The notes beneath the pieces were generated by a model, which saw nothing but the letters and a program-made list of their open reading frames with translations, was not told where the DNA came from and ran no database searches. From contig JALMLS010000268.1 in the NCBI GenBank assembly GCA_038496445.1, forward strand, positions 124,001 to 188,000: 64,000 bases of DNA, in the 5' to 3' direction. Each line of letters opens with the position of its first letter. Within the stretch, counting starts at the first letter, position 1. Below are positions 29,500 to 43,138 of the stretch, one piece after another. This stretch comes from Trichosphaerium sp. ATCC 40318 (Eukaryota; Protista; Tubulinea). The position numbers and the translations under genes were made by a program.

Positions 29500-29753
29500 G
29501 GTAGACGCTGTTTATAAACACTTCAAAATAACTGTGGAAGTAGTGCGTAAATCAGATATTGTGCTGTACATTAGTGTATCACTTAACATGTAAAGCCAGA
29601 CTTACAATAAAACAAACAACGAATACAACTGAACAGACTTGAATAAAATTGGCTCCTTAAACGGCGCTACCGCTCGCTGTCAACTACACTTAAAACCGTA
29701 CACAATAAACAATATAGTCTCTTTATTTAGAGTACAAGATGAAACAAACCTCT

Positions 29754-31223
29754 TTAATCTTGTTTCAATTCAAATCTCTCGTGTTTTGGTTCTTGGTCCC
29801 TTTTGAAGAAAAAATAAGTTTTGACAACAAAAAAAAAACAAAAAACGAAGTTGAAGAAGTATCAAGCATTCAAAACTATGTATCGTACTTTCTGATAACG
29901 TAAAAGTCGACGTAGTCACCAGTGTAGATATCACGCTCACCAGCTGATGTGAAAGCATCTTTGAGCAAGTCGACAGTCTGCACAGAACGTTAGTTTACAG
30001 CGTAAATGATTATTCAAAAAAACAATTTATTTCTATCTTCGACGCTATTGTACGTACTTCTTCTTCACTCAATAAAGCTGGAGTACCATCTCCTTGATGT
30101 TGACGACCAAGCTAATGTATTTTAGAATAAAATAAATGCATCCAAGTGCGACACAATAAAAATCCGCAAAAATCAAAAATTTCTTCCTTTCATGACATCC
30201 ACAGCGTTTAATTAGCGTATAAATACATACCTGATTATCAAGAAGTACTTGAATGAGATTATTTCCTGTACCAGAGCAAGAGTAGTTAAGCTACAAACAA
30301 AAAAATTAAAAAAGATTTTTTCAACAAAAAAAGACCAACGTACTCTTTGGTATGATCCAATTGCATCATAACTCCATACAGCACCCTTACCTATAAAAAA
30401 AGTAAGCATTCACGTACACCAACACTCGAAAAGAAGGCCAGATTTTGCGCCACGACACCAAATTTTTGGGTTTTTGATTTTTTTGCTTCAAAACCGCTTG
30501 TTAGTGTACGTACCGTCTTTATCAACACCAGCCAATACGTTAAACGCGTAGTAAGGGAAAAATCTTCTGTAGTAAAGAGTATTGGACAACATTTGAGCCA
30601 TACTCGATGAGTTAATTTCGCGACCGTGTGCGTGAAAGTAAGCTTTCTGCGTAGTATTTCATTAGGTTTTGATAACGGTTTGGATTAAAACTGACGATAA
30701 ATAACTGCAATTGGTTGTTTTCACTCCAAGTACGCTGGTACGCTATTGAATTAACGCCCAAGGAGATTCTGACGTTATCTAGGTATTTATTGTTAACGTA
30801 CCAATTGAGCTTGTAATCTTTTGTGTAGGGTAATGTGATCGGCGCGCATACCGCTTGTTGCCAAAGCGCAATGTTTAGTTCTATGTTTAATGTGAGCCAC
30901 AACATTATTTTAACGCTGATAATACGTACAGCATGGTTACTTTGTTAGCAGTACGTGTGTGAATAGAATACCCACTGCTGAGACGTGTGTCAGCAGCAAC
31001 TACGCAAAAATCTTCTCCTGCTACTGCTACAGTGGTACTAACGACTCGTTATTTAATTTAGCACAAATAATCGGTATTACCCTCCATTTAATGTGTAAGG
31101 TGACCATTGTGGCGTTTCCTTGGCTCCAACTGCTTGGGAAGGTGTTTCTTTTGTTTTGTAAGGTAATACCGCCGTTGGTGATCTGTTATACAACGTGGAC
31201 GGATCGTGCTGGGAGAGAAACAT
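29754..31223 (-). CDS. PSMB1: 20S proteasome subunit beta type-1 (beta-6)
   Basis: [71 protein letters not shown]-terminal ERFELKQD. Confidence 0.92.
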
Positions 31224-31322
31224 TATGCTCTGCTGACGAATATTTGATTTCAAGCGAGATTTTAAGGGAGGGTCAGCAAGATACGTTAAGCCGGAAAAAA
31301 CAGCTCAAATTTCCGTACGACC
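31224..31322. promoter_or_regulatory. Putative bidirectional promoter
   Basis: About 100 bp separates the divergent ATGs of PSMB1 (31223) and the CH/filamin gene (31323). Confidence 0.5.
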
Positions 31323-34300
31323 ATGCAAGCCAGTCCACGAGGTATAAAAACCGATAAGGAAGGCCAGGTGAGTTAACAATAATAAAATGATTAAAATTCG
31401 TTTTCTTTCCTCCAATCGCACCTGGCGTACTGACATAACGCAATTCAGATCTATGTTAAATGGATAAATCATATCCTAAAGCAGAATGGGCATGAGCCGA
31501 TTAAGGACCTTGCAACCGACTTGAAAAATGGTCTCGTGCTCATTAAATTGGCTGAAGTTATCTCTGGTCAAAAAGTAAAGAAGCGCTACTTCACCAAACC
31601 AATAGTGAAAGCGCAAAAACTAGATACATTGAGTGTAGCACTTCAAGAGCTTCGTCGCGCAGGTGTTAGCCTACCAGACATCTACGCAGGAGGTAAACGC
31701 TTCTAGCAACTCGACTAGCGCTTCGAAAACGCTCCAGCACTGTCACTGATGTATTAAAACCTAAATTTCGTGTAGATATTTATGATGGTAAACCAAATAC
31801 ACTTCTAGCATTCTGTTGGCGTACAGTACAAGTGTACTATAAGAAAATGGCACCTGTTAACGATGGTAAGGTTTTGAGGAATTCGGCAAACACTTTCCAA
31901 ATTTATCGTTTGAAAATTTTTTTATTTATTTATTTCTGTAGAGGACCGTGTTGATGACTTGGAGACAAATCCTGATGCTAAGAAACCACGTGGTGCAAAT
32001 GATTTCAGTACACAGATGTATGACTGGGCTCGTGGATTTGTAAGAAGACACCCAGAAGCAAACGAAAAAAAGATAATGGAAAACGGCGTAGAGAGGTGCA
32101 TTTTTTTTTTTTCAGTCAAAGTCTCTTGTATTCTTAGTTGATTCCATTGGATCATTATAGAATAAGAGCTTAGAATTCTTGGTTTTAATGAAGCCATTCA
32201 CAGAGCTTTTTGTTTTGGCTCAGTGAGCACCAAGTACTTTTTGTTGACTATTTTTTTAGTTTCAAAGATGGCGAGGTACTCGCTATTATGGTTAACGAAG
32301 TGAAGCCAGAATCAGTGAGCATGGAAACCCTTCGTGCTGTAAGTGATACATTCACTAAAACAAGCAATTAATTTTATTAGAAACCTGATAACCGAAGCAA
32401 GTTATCTTACGTAGTAGATACAGCAACAAAAGTTGGTCTTCCTGACTTACTTGATCCTGAGACAGTAGCGAATGGAAAAGCTCCTGAAAATGAAGTAGTA
32501 ACATACTTAGCAGAGTTTAGAAAGATGGTAGAGAAACAGAAACAGAACTCTCCACTCTATGCACCAGCAAAAGTGCGTTTCTTCATTTTTTTTTTCTCTT
32601 CGGATGAAGAAGTTGTTTTGTCTTTCTTCTTTTTTTCTTAACAACCTCTTTAAGGCCACAAAGTTCACTATTAAGAACGTTAAAAAAGTAGCTGATACTG
32701 GTGATGAAGCAGAACTTAAAAGTTCTTTAGAAGAGGCTAAGAAAGCTATTGATTTATTAAAGGATAAAGTTAAAACTCAAGTACGACTTCAATGTTTTGT
32801 TGTTTTGAAAAAGGTCTTGTTGTTAATAGCTTCTTTAGGCTAAAAACTTCCCTGACAGGAAGACAAAGATAGATGCTACATTAAAAGCGCTTGATAAAGC
32901 GCTTCCAGAACACGCTCAACTTGCTTCAGATCTCGTCAAGGATCCTAGCAACTATGAAAAGTCATCAGAACTTGTTGCTAAAACACAAGCTTTGAATGAC
33001 TTAATTAATGATTTACTACATGATACTGCATTGTACGATGCTATGGACGCATTCGACGATATTTTGGGTGATTTACAGGACTCAAGCGGAAGACTTAAAC
33101 AAGGCATCAACACAAAGAAAGCAGCTGAACTCTCAGGTACTTATTTTTTGACTCTACTTTCGTTTGTAGTTTTGACATCTAATAGAAGCTATTAATGATG
33201 ATGAAGAAGATGATAATGGACCTTTAGAATCCTCAGCTAGGGCACCAGCAGCATCAACTAAGCTTGGTTCAGCTCGTGGCAAGGCAGTCCAAAAAAGAGT
33301 TTTGAATTGGAATAATGAATTCAAGTTTCACTTCGAGATGTCTGAGACTTCACAAAAAATTCCCAATCAACATATTTTCACAGTACACGTACGAGCGCAA
33401 TAATTTTTTTATCAACTTTTACAAAACCACGTGTTATGGGATGCTCAAAAGCTGATAATCTTTTAATTTTTTTTTGAAATTTATTGATTTTTTCTAGGTT
33501 ATAAAAATTGAGACTGGAGCTGTACATGACTTACCTTTAAGTCATTTAAAACCTATTATTGATGGACCTGAAAAGTGCGAGGTTGAAACAGCCAAACGAG
33601 GGTACCTTAGTTTTATAATTATCACGTGTTTGTTGACTGATAACTTTTTTTAAAGGCAAACGTTTGAATTTATATGGTCTGCAACAGTTCCAGGTTTTTA
33701 TACAGTTGATGTTGAATATAAAGGTATTTAGTATTAATGTTCAAAGTCATTTGTATACTAAACTTTGTTCTAATAGAGGAGCGCTTATTTGATTTTGAGC
33801 CTGTAAAAGTATATTACGGAAATCGTACGTGACATTTTTACCCATTTTTGATTACAACACTTCCAAGTAGCTTTGTCAAAACACATCCAACGCTCAAGGT
33901 GTTATCATGTGATATTTTTGAAACTCTTCGTTCGGCACCAATGTCATCTTGTTGAACGCCAACGAGGGCTTCAAGAAGAACTACAAAAAGCTTTGAAAAC
34001 TTTTTTTTCTTTTTGTTCTTTTCTTATGTTGTGTAGTTGCAAATGCAAGCCAAAGTACTGCAAGTATTGTATCAACACTCCAAGATGTAGTAGAAATACA
34101 AGTACAGGCTAGGTACGTGAAAACGATCTTGTAAAACAGACGTGACAGCGTTATTGGTTTACATTGATTTGTATACTAATTTTTTTCTTCACCAGGGATA
34201 AGGATGGTAAGGCAATACAAAAAGGAAGAGATAAATTTGAAGTACAAGTATATGGTTCAGGACTTCAAGGTACTTTTCCTCTGCCTTGACAACTTTTCGT

Positions 34301-34569
34301 CAGGAAACAAGTCATTTTAATGAGTTCCTAAAGATAGCGAAAGAACCTTCTTGTTTTTTTCTTACTTCTAACAAAAAAACCTTCTTTCGTTGGGTGTCCA
34401 ACTAATACATGTGTTAATAGGTGTAACGATAAAAGATAATCATAATGGTACATATACAATAAAACTACCAGTAGGAGACTGGAGCAAAAAACATAGTGTA
34501 GAAATCTTTGCTTATAATGAAAAACTGAAAGGATGTCCTATTGTAATTGATGCACAGTTCAAGAACTAA
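31323..34569 (+). CDS. Actin-binding protein with tandem CH domains and C-terminal filamin (Ig-like) repeats
   Basis: CH1 YVKWINHIL...IKDLATDLKNGLVLIKLAEVISG...DIYDGKPNTLLAFCW; CH2 SFKDGEVLAIMVNEVKP...GLPDLLDPE...VVTYLAEF; filamin repeat VQARDKDGKAIQKGRDKFEVQV...IKDNHNGTYTI...LKGCP. Confidence 0.85.
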
Positions 34570-35045
34570 AGGAACGAAAACAAATCAAACTGCACTTTTT
34601 CTAAAAAGAAAGAAATAACCGAAATCATTTGTGCATTTATGTGTGTAGTGTAATAAAAACCTCGATAGATAGTATCGATATTGTAAAAAACCTTCACGTT
34701 TTGAGTTGTTGTGTGGGTTAGATGCAACAGGACCACGGCTTCGTCTATGTAGTTCTGAATCCTAATTTATCTATAATGGCCTTACGAGATGTTTAGATAT
34801 CTATGTGTGAAGCTAGATAATTCACAAATAGTTGACATTTATCACGTTTTAGCCTCCATTTTCTTGCCACCATTAGTACAAGTATAAAGCAACATGAATA
34901 AAGATGTTTAGATACTCTAAACGTGGTAAATGTCAACTGGTAAAAAATTGTGCTTCAAAACGGCATTAAATCAGTTCTTTGAACAGAACGTTTACCAACA
35001 CAAAAACTGTTGCCACTTTTTTTCAGAAATCTATTTAAAGAAGTC

Positions 35046-37091
35046 ATGGAGGAAAGTTGTGATCCTGTCGTATGTTTAATCATCTTTTGAGCCGCTATTA
35101 AGATTTTATAGATCAATAACGACGCTGTACTGCATATATTCTCTTATGTAGACAATAAGAGTGTATTAGGGCGACTAGGTACGATATTTGCGGTTTTAAA
35201 ATAGGATACGTTTGTTTGTTGCGCTGATACCGTAATACCAAGCTTTACGCTACTGCGAAGCGTAACGCGTTACGTACACATCGCTTGAAGCATTTTTAGA
35301 TTTTTGTGTTTTCTTGTTTCTAATAGTACGTTCTAGCGCGTGTTTGTAAGCTCTGGAAGTCCCTCGCTGATAAAGACGTCTACTGGCGCCGTATCGCTTC
35401 TAAAATGATGTACAAAATTCCTGAAGACTATGAGTCCGTCAAGGTATGCATGAAATGCATTATGGAAGTATATTTAACTTATCTAACCTTTAGAATTTTT
35501 GTAAAGTCATGAACATGCCAATTTTACAGGCAACAAATCACGACAAGAGCGCAAAGCTAGAACCTTTTGATGAATATGATTGTTACGACCAACCAGAGTA
35601 TGGTTTCAAGTTAAAACCCTTTCTTAAGTGCGCTAAAAGTGAGTGTAACGGAACTAATTCCGTCTGATTCTCTTGCCAAAGCTCATTTTTTTCTTATTTT
35701 TTTCTTCCGTAGAACACAACAGCATCAATTGTTACTTTGTTGGTGAAAATAAATCAGAGGCTTACACAGTATTTTATTTATGGCAGCTTTCAAATACAAA
35801 GTACGACCCAAGTACGTATACTGATTAATCACGTGTTTTTTCTTTCTTTTTCTTCAAAAACAGCATCCAATTAACATGCTTTTCTGTAGGTGCAATAAAA
35901 AGAGTAATTAAAGCTCTTGGTAATGCTGGATTCGATTTTAACTTACCCAGTATCAGATACATTACAACTGTTGATACAAGTGTGCCTTTACGGTATTGTA
36001 TTGAACGAAATCTTGGGTGTTCAGTTTTGGAGCTCCTTATAGAGTCATATGGCGCATCTTCTTCTCTATGGGTAATACCAAAAGTACAATGCACGGATAA
36101 GAAAACTCTGAGTTATATTGTGGATGCACTAGTAGCTCGTGATAGACAAGATTTGGTCGATGAGTTTTTTTTAACAAATTGTAAACAATGGGATCCAAGT
36201 TTGCTTGAAATGATAATGGATAAGTCGAGTATAAGTCAAAATGTTTTATCAAAAGCAATTCATCGTTGTTATTATGTTCCGTTATTAAATATTGATGGAA
36301 GAATGTTCTTTACACGATGCCCTTACTATTCTGAAAATATTCCGAAAGTACTCAACTTTTTGGCCAGTAAAGGTGCTAAAAGTGTTCTAAATGATCATTG
36401 TATAACTGCTCATTCTTGGGGAAACATGATCATAAATCTTTTTGGGGAACAAAAGCACACCGACTTGGTAAGTACGAGAACAAAACTTAATCCAAAAAAA
36501 CTAGACGGTTTTTTTTTATTGATCTCCTAGAAAGAACATCATTGATTTATTCTCTTTTAGGTTAATATTCTACGCAAAAAGTTTGATAGAGTTCCTGGAG
36601 AAGCCAAGTGTTGTAAGAAGTCCCATCAAATCCTAAAATCAAACGATAAATCCAATCATAGCAGCGTTCAAATTTACAAAGCTTGGGCATCTCAAGACCT
36701 TTCTGTTGGATGGAGTTCAAGAGGAGCAGACCAATACTATGAACTCAGACTTTGGGGAGATAGTACTTTCTACTTGGAGACTATAATGTATCGAGAGAGT
36801 TCACGTCATAGCCAGAAAAAAACTGTTGTTTTCAAAGGAACTTACAAAAAAAACAAGAAAGAGAACACCATATCATTCACACTGGACAAAGAGGCACTAG
36901 AAAAACAAAAGGAAGGTGTAGAGTATATAAGATTAATGAGAAAAGAAGTACCATCGTTAGACAATCCAGGTAAAATAGAAAATGACACTATAATTCTTTC
37001 AGATTTTTCTTTGCCTTTAAAGCTGTTTTCGGTAATGGATGTTGTGAACAAACGACCACGTTTCTATAGCTATGTAGACGGAAGTTATTAA
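35046..37091 (+). CDS. F-box protein with helical (ankyrin-like) middle region
   Basis: Spliced F-box INNDAVLHIFSYVDNKSVLGRLARVCKLWKSLADKDVYW; later VPLRYCIERNLGCSVLELLIESYGA and VLNFLASKGA. Confidence 0.7.
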
Positions 37092-37420
37092 TAATTGATT
37101 GTAAGATAATAAAACCCCAACAGATGATGTATGTAACGTCTGTTTTGAAAGTCTATCCAAGTAGACTAACTAGTATAAGTAGCGTCTAACAATTACCCTG
37201 AAAAAACTCACGTGACGGCTGGTTTCAGTTTTGTACTTTGCGTAGGTGGTGGATAGCACCTCAATCGAAAGTCTTCCAAAACGGCAAGGTCTTGACTTGT
37301 TTTACTAGTTTTCTCTGAAAGGAATTTTTTGACTATGAGAAACGTTTTTAACTAGCATATACGGTTTACAAAAGTAGCATTAGCTTGTGTTTTATTGTAC
37401 ATCACGTTTCTTTGCAGGTA

Positions 37421-38094
37421 CTATTGAGCTTGATTGATTCTACATTGCATCTTTTTTGTTTTCTTCTTCTATTTTCTTGAGAAGTTTTTCACGTGCTTCT
37501 TTCCAGCTCGCCAACTGTCTTTTAGCTTCATTGATAAACTTGGCCTCTCCATCGTGACAGTACTTCGCACAATACTTGGCAACTTTGTACTTATGTGCAG
37601 GTGACACCCTTCCTATTAACGCTAAAAAGATAAGGATAAACTCACGTGATTATTCTGACATACAACAACATTGTTTGACGTTCAAACTAACGTTTTGTGC
37701 TTGTAAGGCATTTTTGACTTGTTTGTCTTGATCTCCATTGGAAACTTTAAATTCAATCTTTTTGTAGTCCTGGAAGGTGCATTTGTTCATACCAGGCATA
37801 ATTGAGTGACCTACTAGAGGCATTGCTGTCGTGTTGCTATTGATTTGTTGTGACACAGTTTGACTGTCAAAAAAGAGCTTCCGAATGAAAACCGAAGCGA
37901 TTTTGATTCTTACTGCGATGTGTCGGCCGCCCAGAATATGCTTCAGGCTCGTATTAATCAACTGTAGCCCGCTACCAATGGCTTTTGAATCGAAGTCTTC
38001 AAGAAGAAGTTCTCCATTATCTGAACATCAAAAACCGGAAGAAAAACGAAAGAAAAAAGACAAAAACGGGATTTGGCCTGCCAATTAGCCACCA
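37421..38094 (-). CDS. Small hypothetical protein, paralogous to 38262-38623
   Basis: Spliced ...KQCC-SLIGRVSPAHKYKVAKYCAKYCHDGEAKFINEAKRQLASWKEAREK...QAQ stop at 37421; 5' start uncertain. Confidence 0.55.
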
Positions 38095-38261
38095 TTCGAT
38101 GCAATATCACTATAGCACCTCGTAAAACCGTATTTAAAGTTCACGTGACAAAGTCATAATTATTGAATCAAGAATTAAGTGAACATTAGCTGAGAGGACA
38201 CCCCCTGAAGTTCAACATCGATCAAACTCTCAAAACTCAAACACCAAAGCAACACATCAAC

Positions 38262-38623
38262 ATGTTCAGAAGTCAATATTCTGCAGCTTACCATAGAGCA
38301 CAGAAACATCATGTTGATACCATTAAATCGGAACTAAGAAAAAAGAAGGCAGCTGAACAAGCTTCCGCTTGCGAACAGCAACTGAAGAGTTTAAGAGCGA
38401 CTCTAACCGCTGCTCAATGTGGAAGTACGATATCAAAAAGAGGTTTGTGCGTTTATACTCATTGTTCTTTGTAGCTATTATTCGTGTTGTCAATGTTAGC
38501 CATCAAGCCGAAGTGGGTGTGAGTCTTTCAAAATTCTGTTCAGACGATAAAAATACCTTTATTTCGAAGATGAAGTCATGTATGAACGCACGCGAGGCCA
38601 AGACGATGCAAGAACAACTTTAA
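38262..38623 (+). CDS. Small hypothetical coiled-coil protein (two exons)
   Basis: MFRSQYSAAY...STISKR, short GT-AG intron, then AIIRVVNVSHQAEVGVSLSKFCSDDKNTFISKMK...EQL stop. Confidence 0.6.
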
Positions 38624-38920
38624 TCCACACATCATTGCATAGTATTGCTTGTAACCGCACTCCAGTAAACAAAACATTCAATAAAGCTAGCGTTTTGTTA
38701 TCTTTTCCGTTGCGCCATTCTGTTTTTTCTTATCCATAGTTATGGTTTTTAGTCGTACAAGAGCAGCGTCACAAACAGTAAGTATACGTATGAGTACTTC
38801 GTAATTGTGCACTCAGTAGGTGTATGTACGTGAATTTATAGTTAACTTAATATTCACGTATTCCGTAAATAGGCGAGTACTTGACAAAAAAAGTCCGTCC
38901 TGTTAATTATTTCTTCAGTT

Positions 38921-40998
38921 ATGAAGGCAAGTAAATACGCTTTTTTACTTCTCACTTTGCTTGTGTTCGCAGTATCATCGCTACAAGGTAGAAAAAAGAA
39001 AAAATTAACGCAAAATAATCACGTGACCTATAGCTCCAAAACCAAACATTGTGTACTTCCTAGTCGATGATTTAGGACACTATAATGTAGAAATAACAAA
39101 CCCGGACATGAAAACACCCCATATTGTTCATTTAGCATCCCAAGGTGTTATGCTTGATCGCTTCTATGTATACAAGGTACTCAACAGCGTTCATCCAAAT
39201 AACGGTAACACCAGCTCTAACTAGTATTGTTCACCGACTAGAAGCTCGCTATTAAGTGGACGATTGCCTATACACGTGAATGAACAGGTACAACTTAGTT
39301 TGAGACATTAGCTCTTTGTTTATTTGCCAGAACTTAGATACTACTTTCCCTAATGCAGGCATTCCACCTCAAATGACAACACTTCCAGCCAAGCTAAAGA
39401 CTGCTGGTTATAGTAATTACGCTGTTGGTAAATGGCATCTGGGATCATCTCAATTTTCGCGGTTACCAGTTGGTAGAGGGTACTAGAGCTCGAGTATTAA
39501 AGCGAATACTTATGGATTGTAGGTTTGATGAACATCTTGGTTACCTTGGTGGTAAAACAGATCACTACAATGAAACAAATAACGGTGGAGATTGTGGATT
39601 CCATCCGGACTTGTGGAAGGTACGAAGAAGCCATGAGTTTCTGGTTTTTTTGCTGTAATTTAAGCTACTAGAACTACGAACCAGCTATTGGAATGAATAA
39701 CACAGGATACGCTGGATACATGTACAACAAGAAGGCGAGAATGATTATAAGCTATTTTGGAGTGTTTCCAAAGTTCTTACAGATGGTGTTAGGCTCTACA
39801 AATGATTGATTCACACAACAAATCTAAACCAATGTTTTTGTACATGGCGTTTCAAAATTGCCACCGTCCGCACTTCTTCGTAAAAGTCACATCGCTTCTT
39901 CTCACGAAACATTCTAGGTCCTTTGCAAGTGCCAGAAAAGTACAAGAACTTGTATCCAGGCGTTGATAATGAAGATAGAAGAACGTATATGGCAATGTCA
40001 AGTTTCGTTGATGAGGCAATAAAGAATATAACTGAGTCTCTTCAAAAACATAACATGTGGAACAACACTCTTATTATCTTCTCAACAGAGTACGATACAA
40101 ATAAGTACCACGATGCCTTCTCAATTAAAATAGTAACGGTGGACCTACACGACAAGGTGCAGCGGCAAATAACTTTCCTTTCAAAGGTGGAAAACGTTCA
40201 GACTGGGAAGGTGGTGTACGTGGTATTGCATTCGTTTCTGGAGGATTTTTACCTAATCACGTGATTGGTACTACAGTTGTACGTACGAACAATAGTTGCA
40301 CAAGTTGAACTTACTTATCAAAAGGATGGCTATATTCACATTTGTGATTGGTATGCAACGCTTTGTAATCTTGCTGGCGTAAATTCTACCGATGATGTAC
40401 CAGGAATGCCAGGTGTTGATAGCCTGGACGTCTGGTCTCTTATAACAGGAGAAAACAAGACTTCTCCACGAACAGAAATTCCGTTGGCTAGCTTCCCTAT
40501 GAAAAATACCAAACCAACATCCCTTCAGCTGATAAGAGGCAGGATACCTTTGTTTCGGCAATATCGATAACCAATAATAGGTAACTACAAGCTTCTTCAA
40601 GGAGTTCAGGATAGCTCTGGATGGACAGGTGTGAAGTACCCAAATGCCACAACTGTAAAAGAAAATCGCTGGGTTGGTACGTAATCGAAATACAAGGACT
40701 CATTACTCAGAGTTATTAGGACCTGATACTCTTTACGATTGTGGTTCAGGTTGTCTTTATGATATAATTAATGATCCTTATGAGTACCATGAGTTATCTA
40801 AGGAAAAACCAAAAGTGCTAGAAGCTATGAAAGCACGTGCTAATGAAATATTCAAGACGGTATACTCACCAGATAGAGGTTAGCAAAACAAGTAGCATAC
40901 GATTTTCTCACCACAAAGTAGGTCAGTCATCAAAAGAAGCTTGTGAGGTCATAAACGGAAAATGGTCAGGGTTCTGGGGACCATGGTTGCAAGATTAA
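38921..40998 (+). CDS. Secreted/lysosomal arylsulfatase (ARSB-like)
   Basis: Signal peptide MKASKYAFLLLTLLVFAVSS; PNIVYFLVDDLG; formylglycine motif YCSPTRSSLLSGR; GKWHLG; STDNGG; KGGKRSDWEGGVRG; HICDWYAT; LYDIINDPYE. Confidence 0.92.
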
Positions 40999-41721
40999 AT
41001 TATCATGAATAACCGCGTGGCGGATTTGTAACACTGAGCTACGTGTACCTTTGAAAAATGAACCAATGAAAGAAACCTTAAAAATTATGCGAGCTGTAAA
41101 AGAACATGGTGAAACGGGTGCGTAATTCCCGCATACTAGCAAGAGTTTCATTAGAATTTAGACGATGTTCAAACCTTTAGAGCCTAAAATTTGTTTCACA
41201 TCCTACCATACTGGCTATCCACAAATGTCGACTTTGTGCATCATTTCATTTTCACGTCACAAAGTATCGCAGAAAATAATGAATGCTTGTTCAAACCACA
41301 CTGGATAGCACTTCCGATTAATATTGTGCTTTATTGATAGGTACATGAATGTGTACCTATTGTTTTTGCACCATGCAATTACAGAAAAAGTTATTCCACT
41401 TTTGCACCATGCAATTTGTTGAAACGTAAGAAGATTCTTCACAAGTTTTACACAAGTTATGTTTATTAGTACTGTTTCATCAGATGGAAATATAGCAAAC
41501 ACATGGTAGGTCTATTTTGGGTTGCGAAAAACGAAAGTGGGAGAATTTGCTTCTCCGCCCACATAGTAAAAAATCTTGTTTTGTAACAAGATAGGTATTG
41601 ATTAAATTAAGGTTGTATAGTTCGGATCATTTATGCACCGTGGATACCTACCTTAATCACTCGGAGAATTACTGGATAACTTACGGTGTCAACTAATCAT
41701 AATATTAAAACACTCACAACT

Positions 41722-42551
41722 ATGAACGCTCTTACTCTCACTCTTGTCCTTTCTTTTGTTTGTGCATCATCATGTGTACTGATTAGATTTTCTCACGCGT
41801 CTACTTTTACACCTGCAGTTGATGTATATTTGAACGATCTTCCAGTAAGTTGCAACTTAGTATAAAAACCCGTGTTTACTCCTCTCCAGGTGTTCAGAGA
41901 CCTCGAGTTCAAGGAAACTTCAGACTACATTACTGTACCTCCTGCGAAATACAACGTCACAGTCCGTTTAAGTGGGAATGGATTTCGCTTTATTCAAATT
42001 AAGTAAGTGTACTTTAAGATATTCAGGATACTGTTATTGATCACCTACTAGCGATTTTGATATCACCAATGCTCAAGTTGTCACTGTAGCTGCTGCTGGA
42101 TTATTAGAACAAATAAAAACTGTTGTACTCACGGATGATAACAGACTCCCACCAGCTGTACGTGAATGAGTTAGACAACTATTTGCCACAATGTAGTGAA
42201 AAAGAAGTTGCCAAAGTTTTTCATTCTTATGATGGTTCGTTCGTTTATCTAACTGTATTGTTTCAATAGGGATACTCTGTTTTGCGATTCGCTCATTTTA
42301 TTCCTGATGCACCTGCCGTTGATATAGCCGTTGATGGAGAAGTTGTATTCACATCAATTACTTACACAAAATCGTCAAATTATGCCCAAATAAAAGCAGG
42401 CAAACATAACGTAGAAGTACGTGTTGCTGGTACTGATAAGGTAGTTATTGCTGTCAATGATATTGAGCTCGTATCTAAAAGTATATACTCTATTTTTGCT
42501 GAAGGTGTACTAAACAACACTATTTATGCTGTATTGGAAAATGACTTGTAA
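41722..42551 (+). CDS. Secreted DUF4397-like protein (two tandem repeats)
   Basis: Signal peptide MNALTLTLVLSFVCASSC; repeats IRFSHASTFTPAVDVYLND...DYITVPPAKYNVTV and LRFAHFIPDAPAVDIAVDG...YAQIKAGKHNVEVRVAGT; three introns. Confidence 0.75.
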
Positions 42552-43138
42552 TTTCTCAATAAACAAGTTTGGCTACTGTTATTGCCAAGCTACTATGATA
42601 ATTGTATTTTTGTTCTCAAAGTATTGTTCAATGTCCTGTATAGCTACTGAAGTTGTTGGAACAACAATACTTTCCCTAATTGAATGAACATTACAATGTT
42701 CTATTATTCCAAAAAAGGCCAGATAATATTGCCTTCCCACAATTTTTTTAGTATTTCTTTGAATCGTCCTTTGAACTACACGATTGTACAATGGTGTATT
42801 TCAGATTTACTTATTAGTAATAAATCAAGGTACACGAATAATATTTGAAAAGTAAAGCGAATTATATTCTGCTTTCGCTAAAAATAAAAAGGAAAAGTCA
42901 ACTTTAATAAACACGTTCTCTCGTTTCACTTTGTTCGTTGATATTTACACTGTAACTAACTCCTACACAACATTCTTGTTGGATTATTCTGTACAAAAAA
43001 GAGACGATTATTGGACATTGTACCGGTATTGTTATTTAATAGCACTTTCTTTGCGCTTGCAGTGGTTTAAGCTTAACTTTTCTGTTTTAGTTCGAAAATA
43101 TCTCGAACTCGGTTTAATCTACCGTTCTGTGTTTAAAT

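Noticed and set aside
41000-41650. Short ORFs and a 15-bp direct repeat (TTGCACCATGCAATT) after the sulfatase
   Set aside because: No coherent spliced model or recognisable motif could be built.
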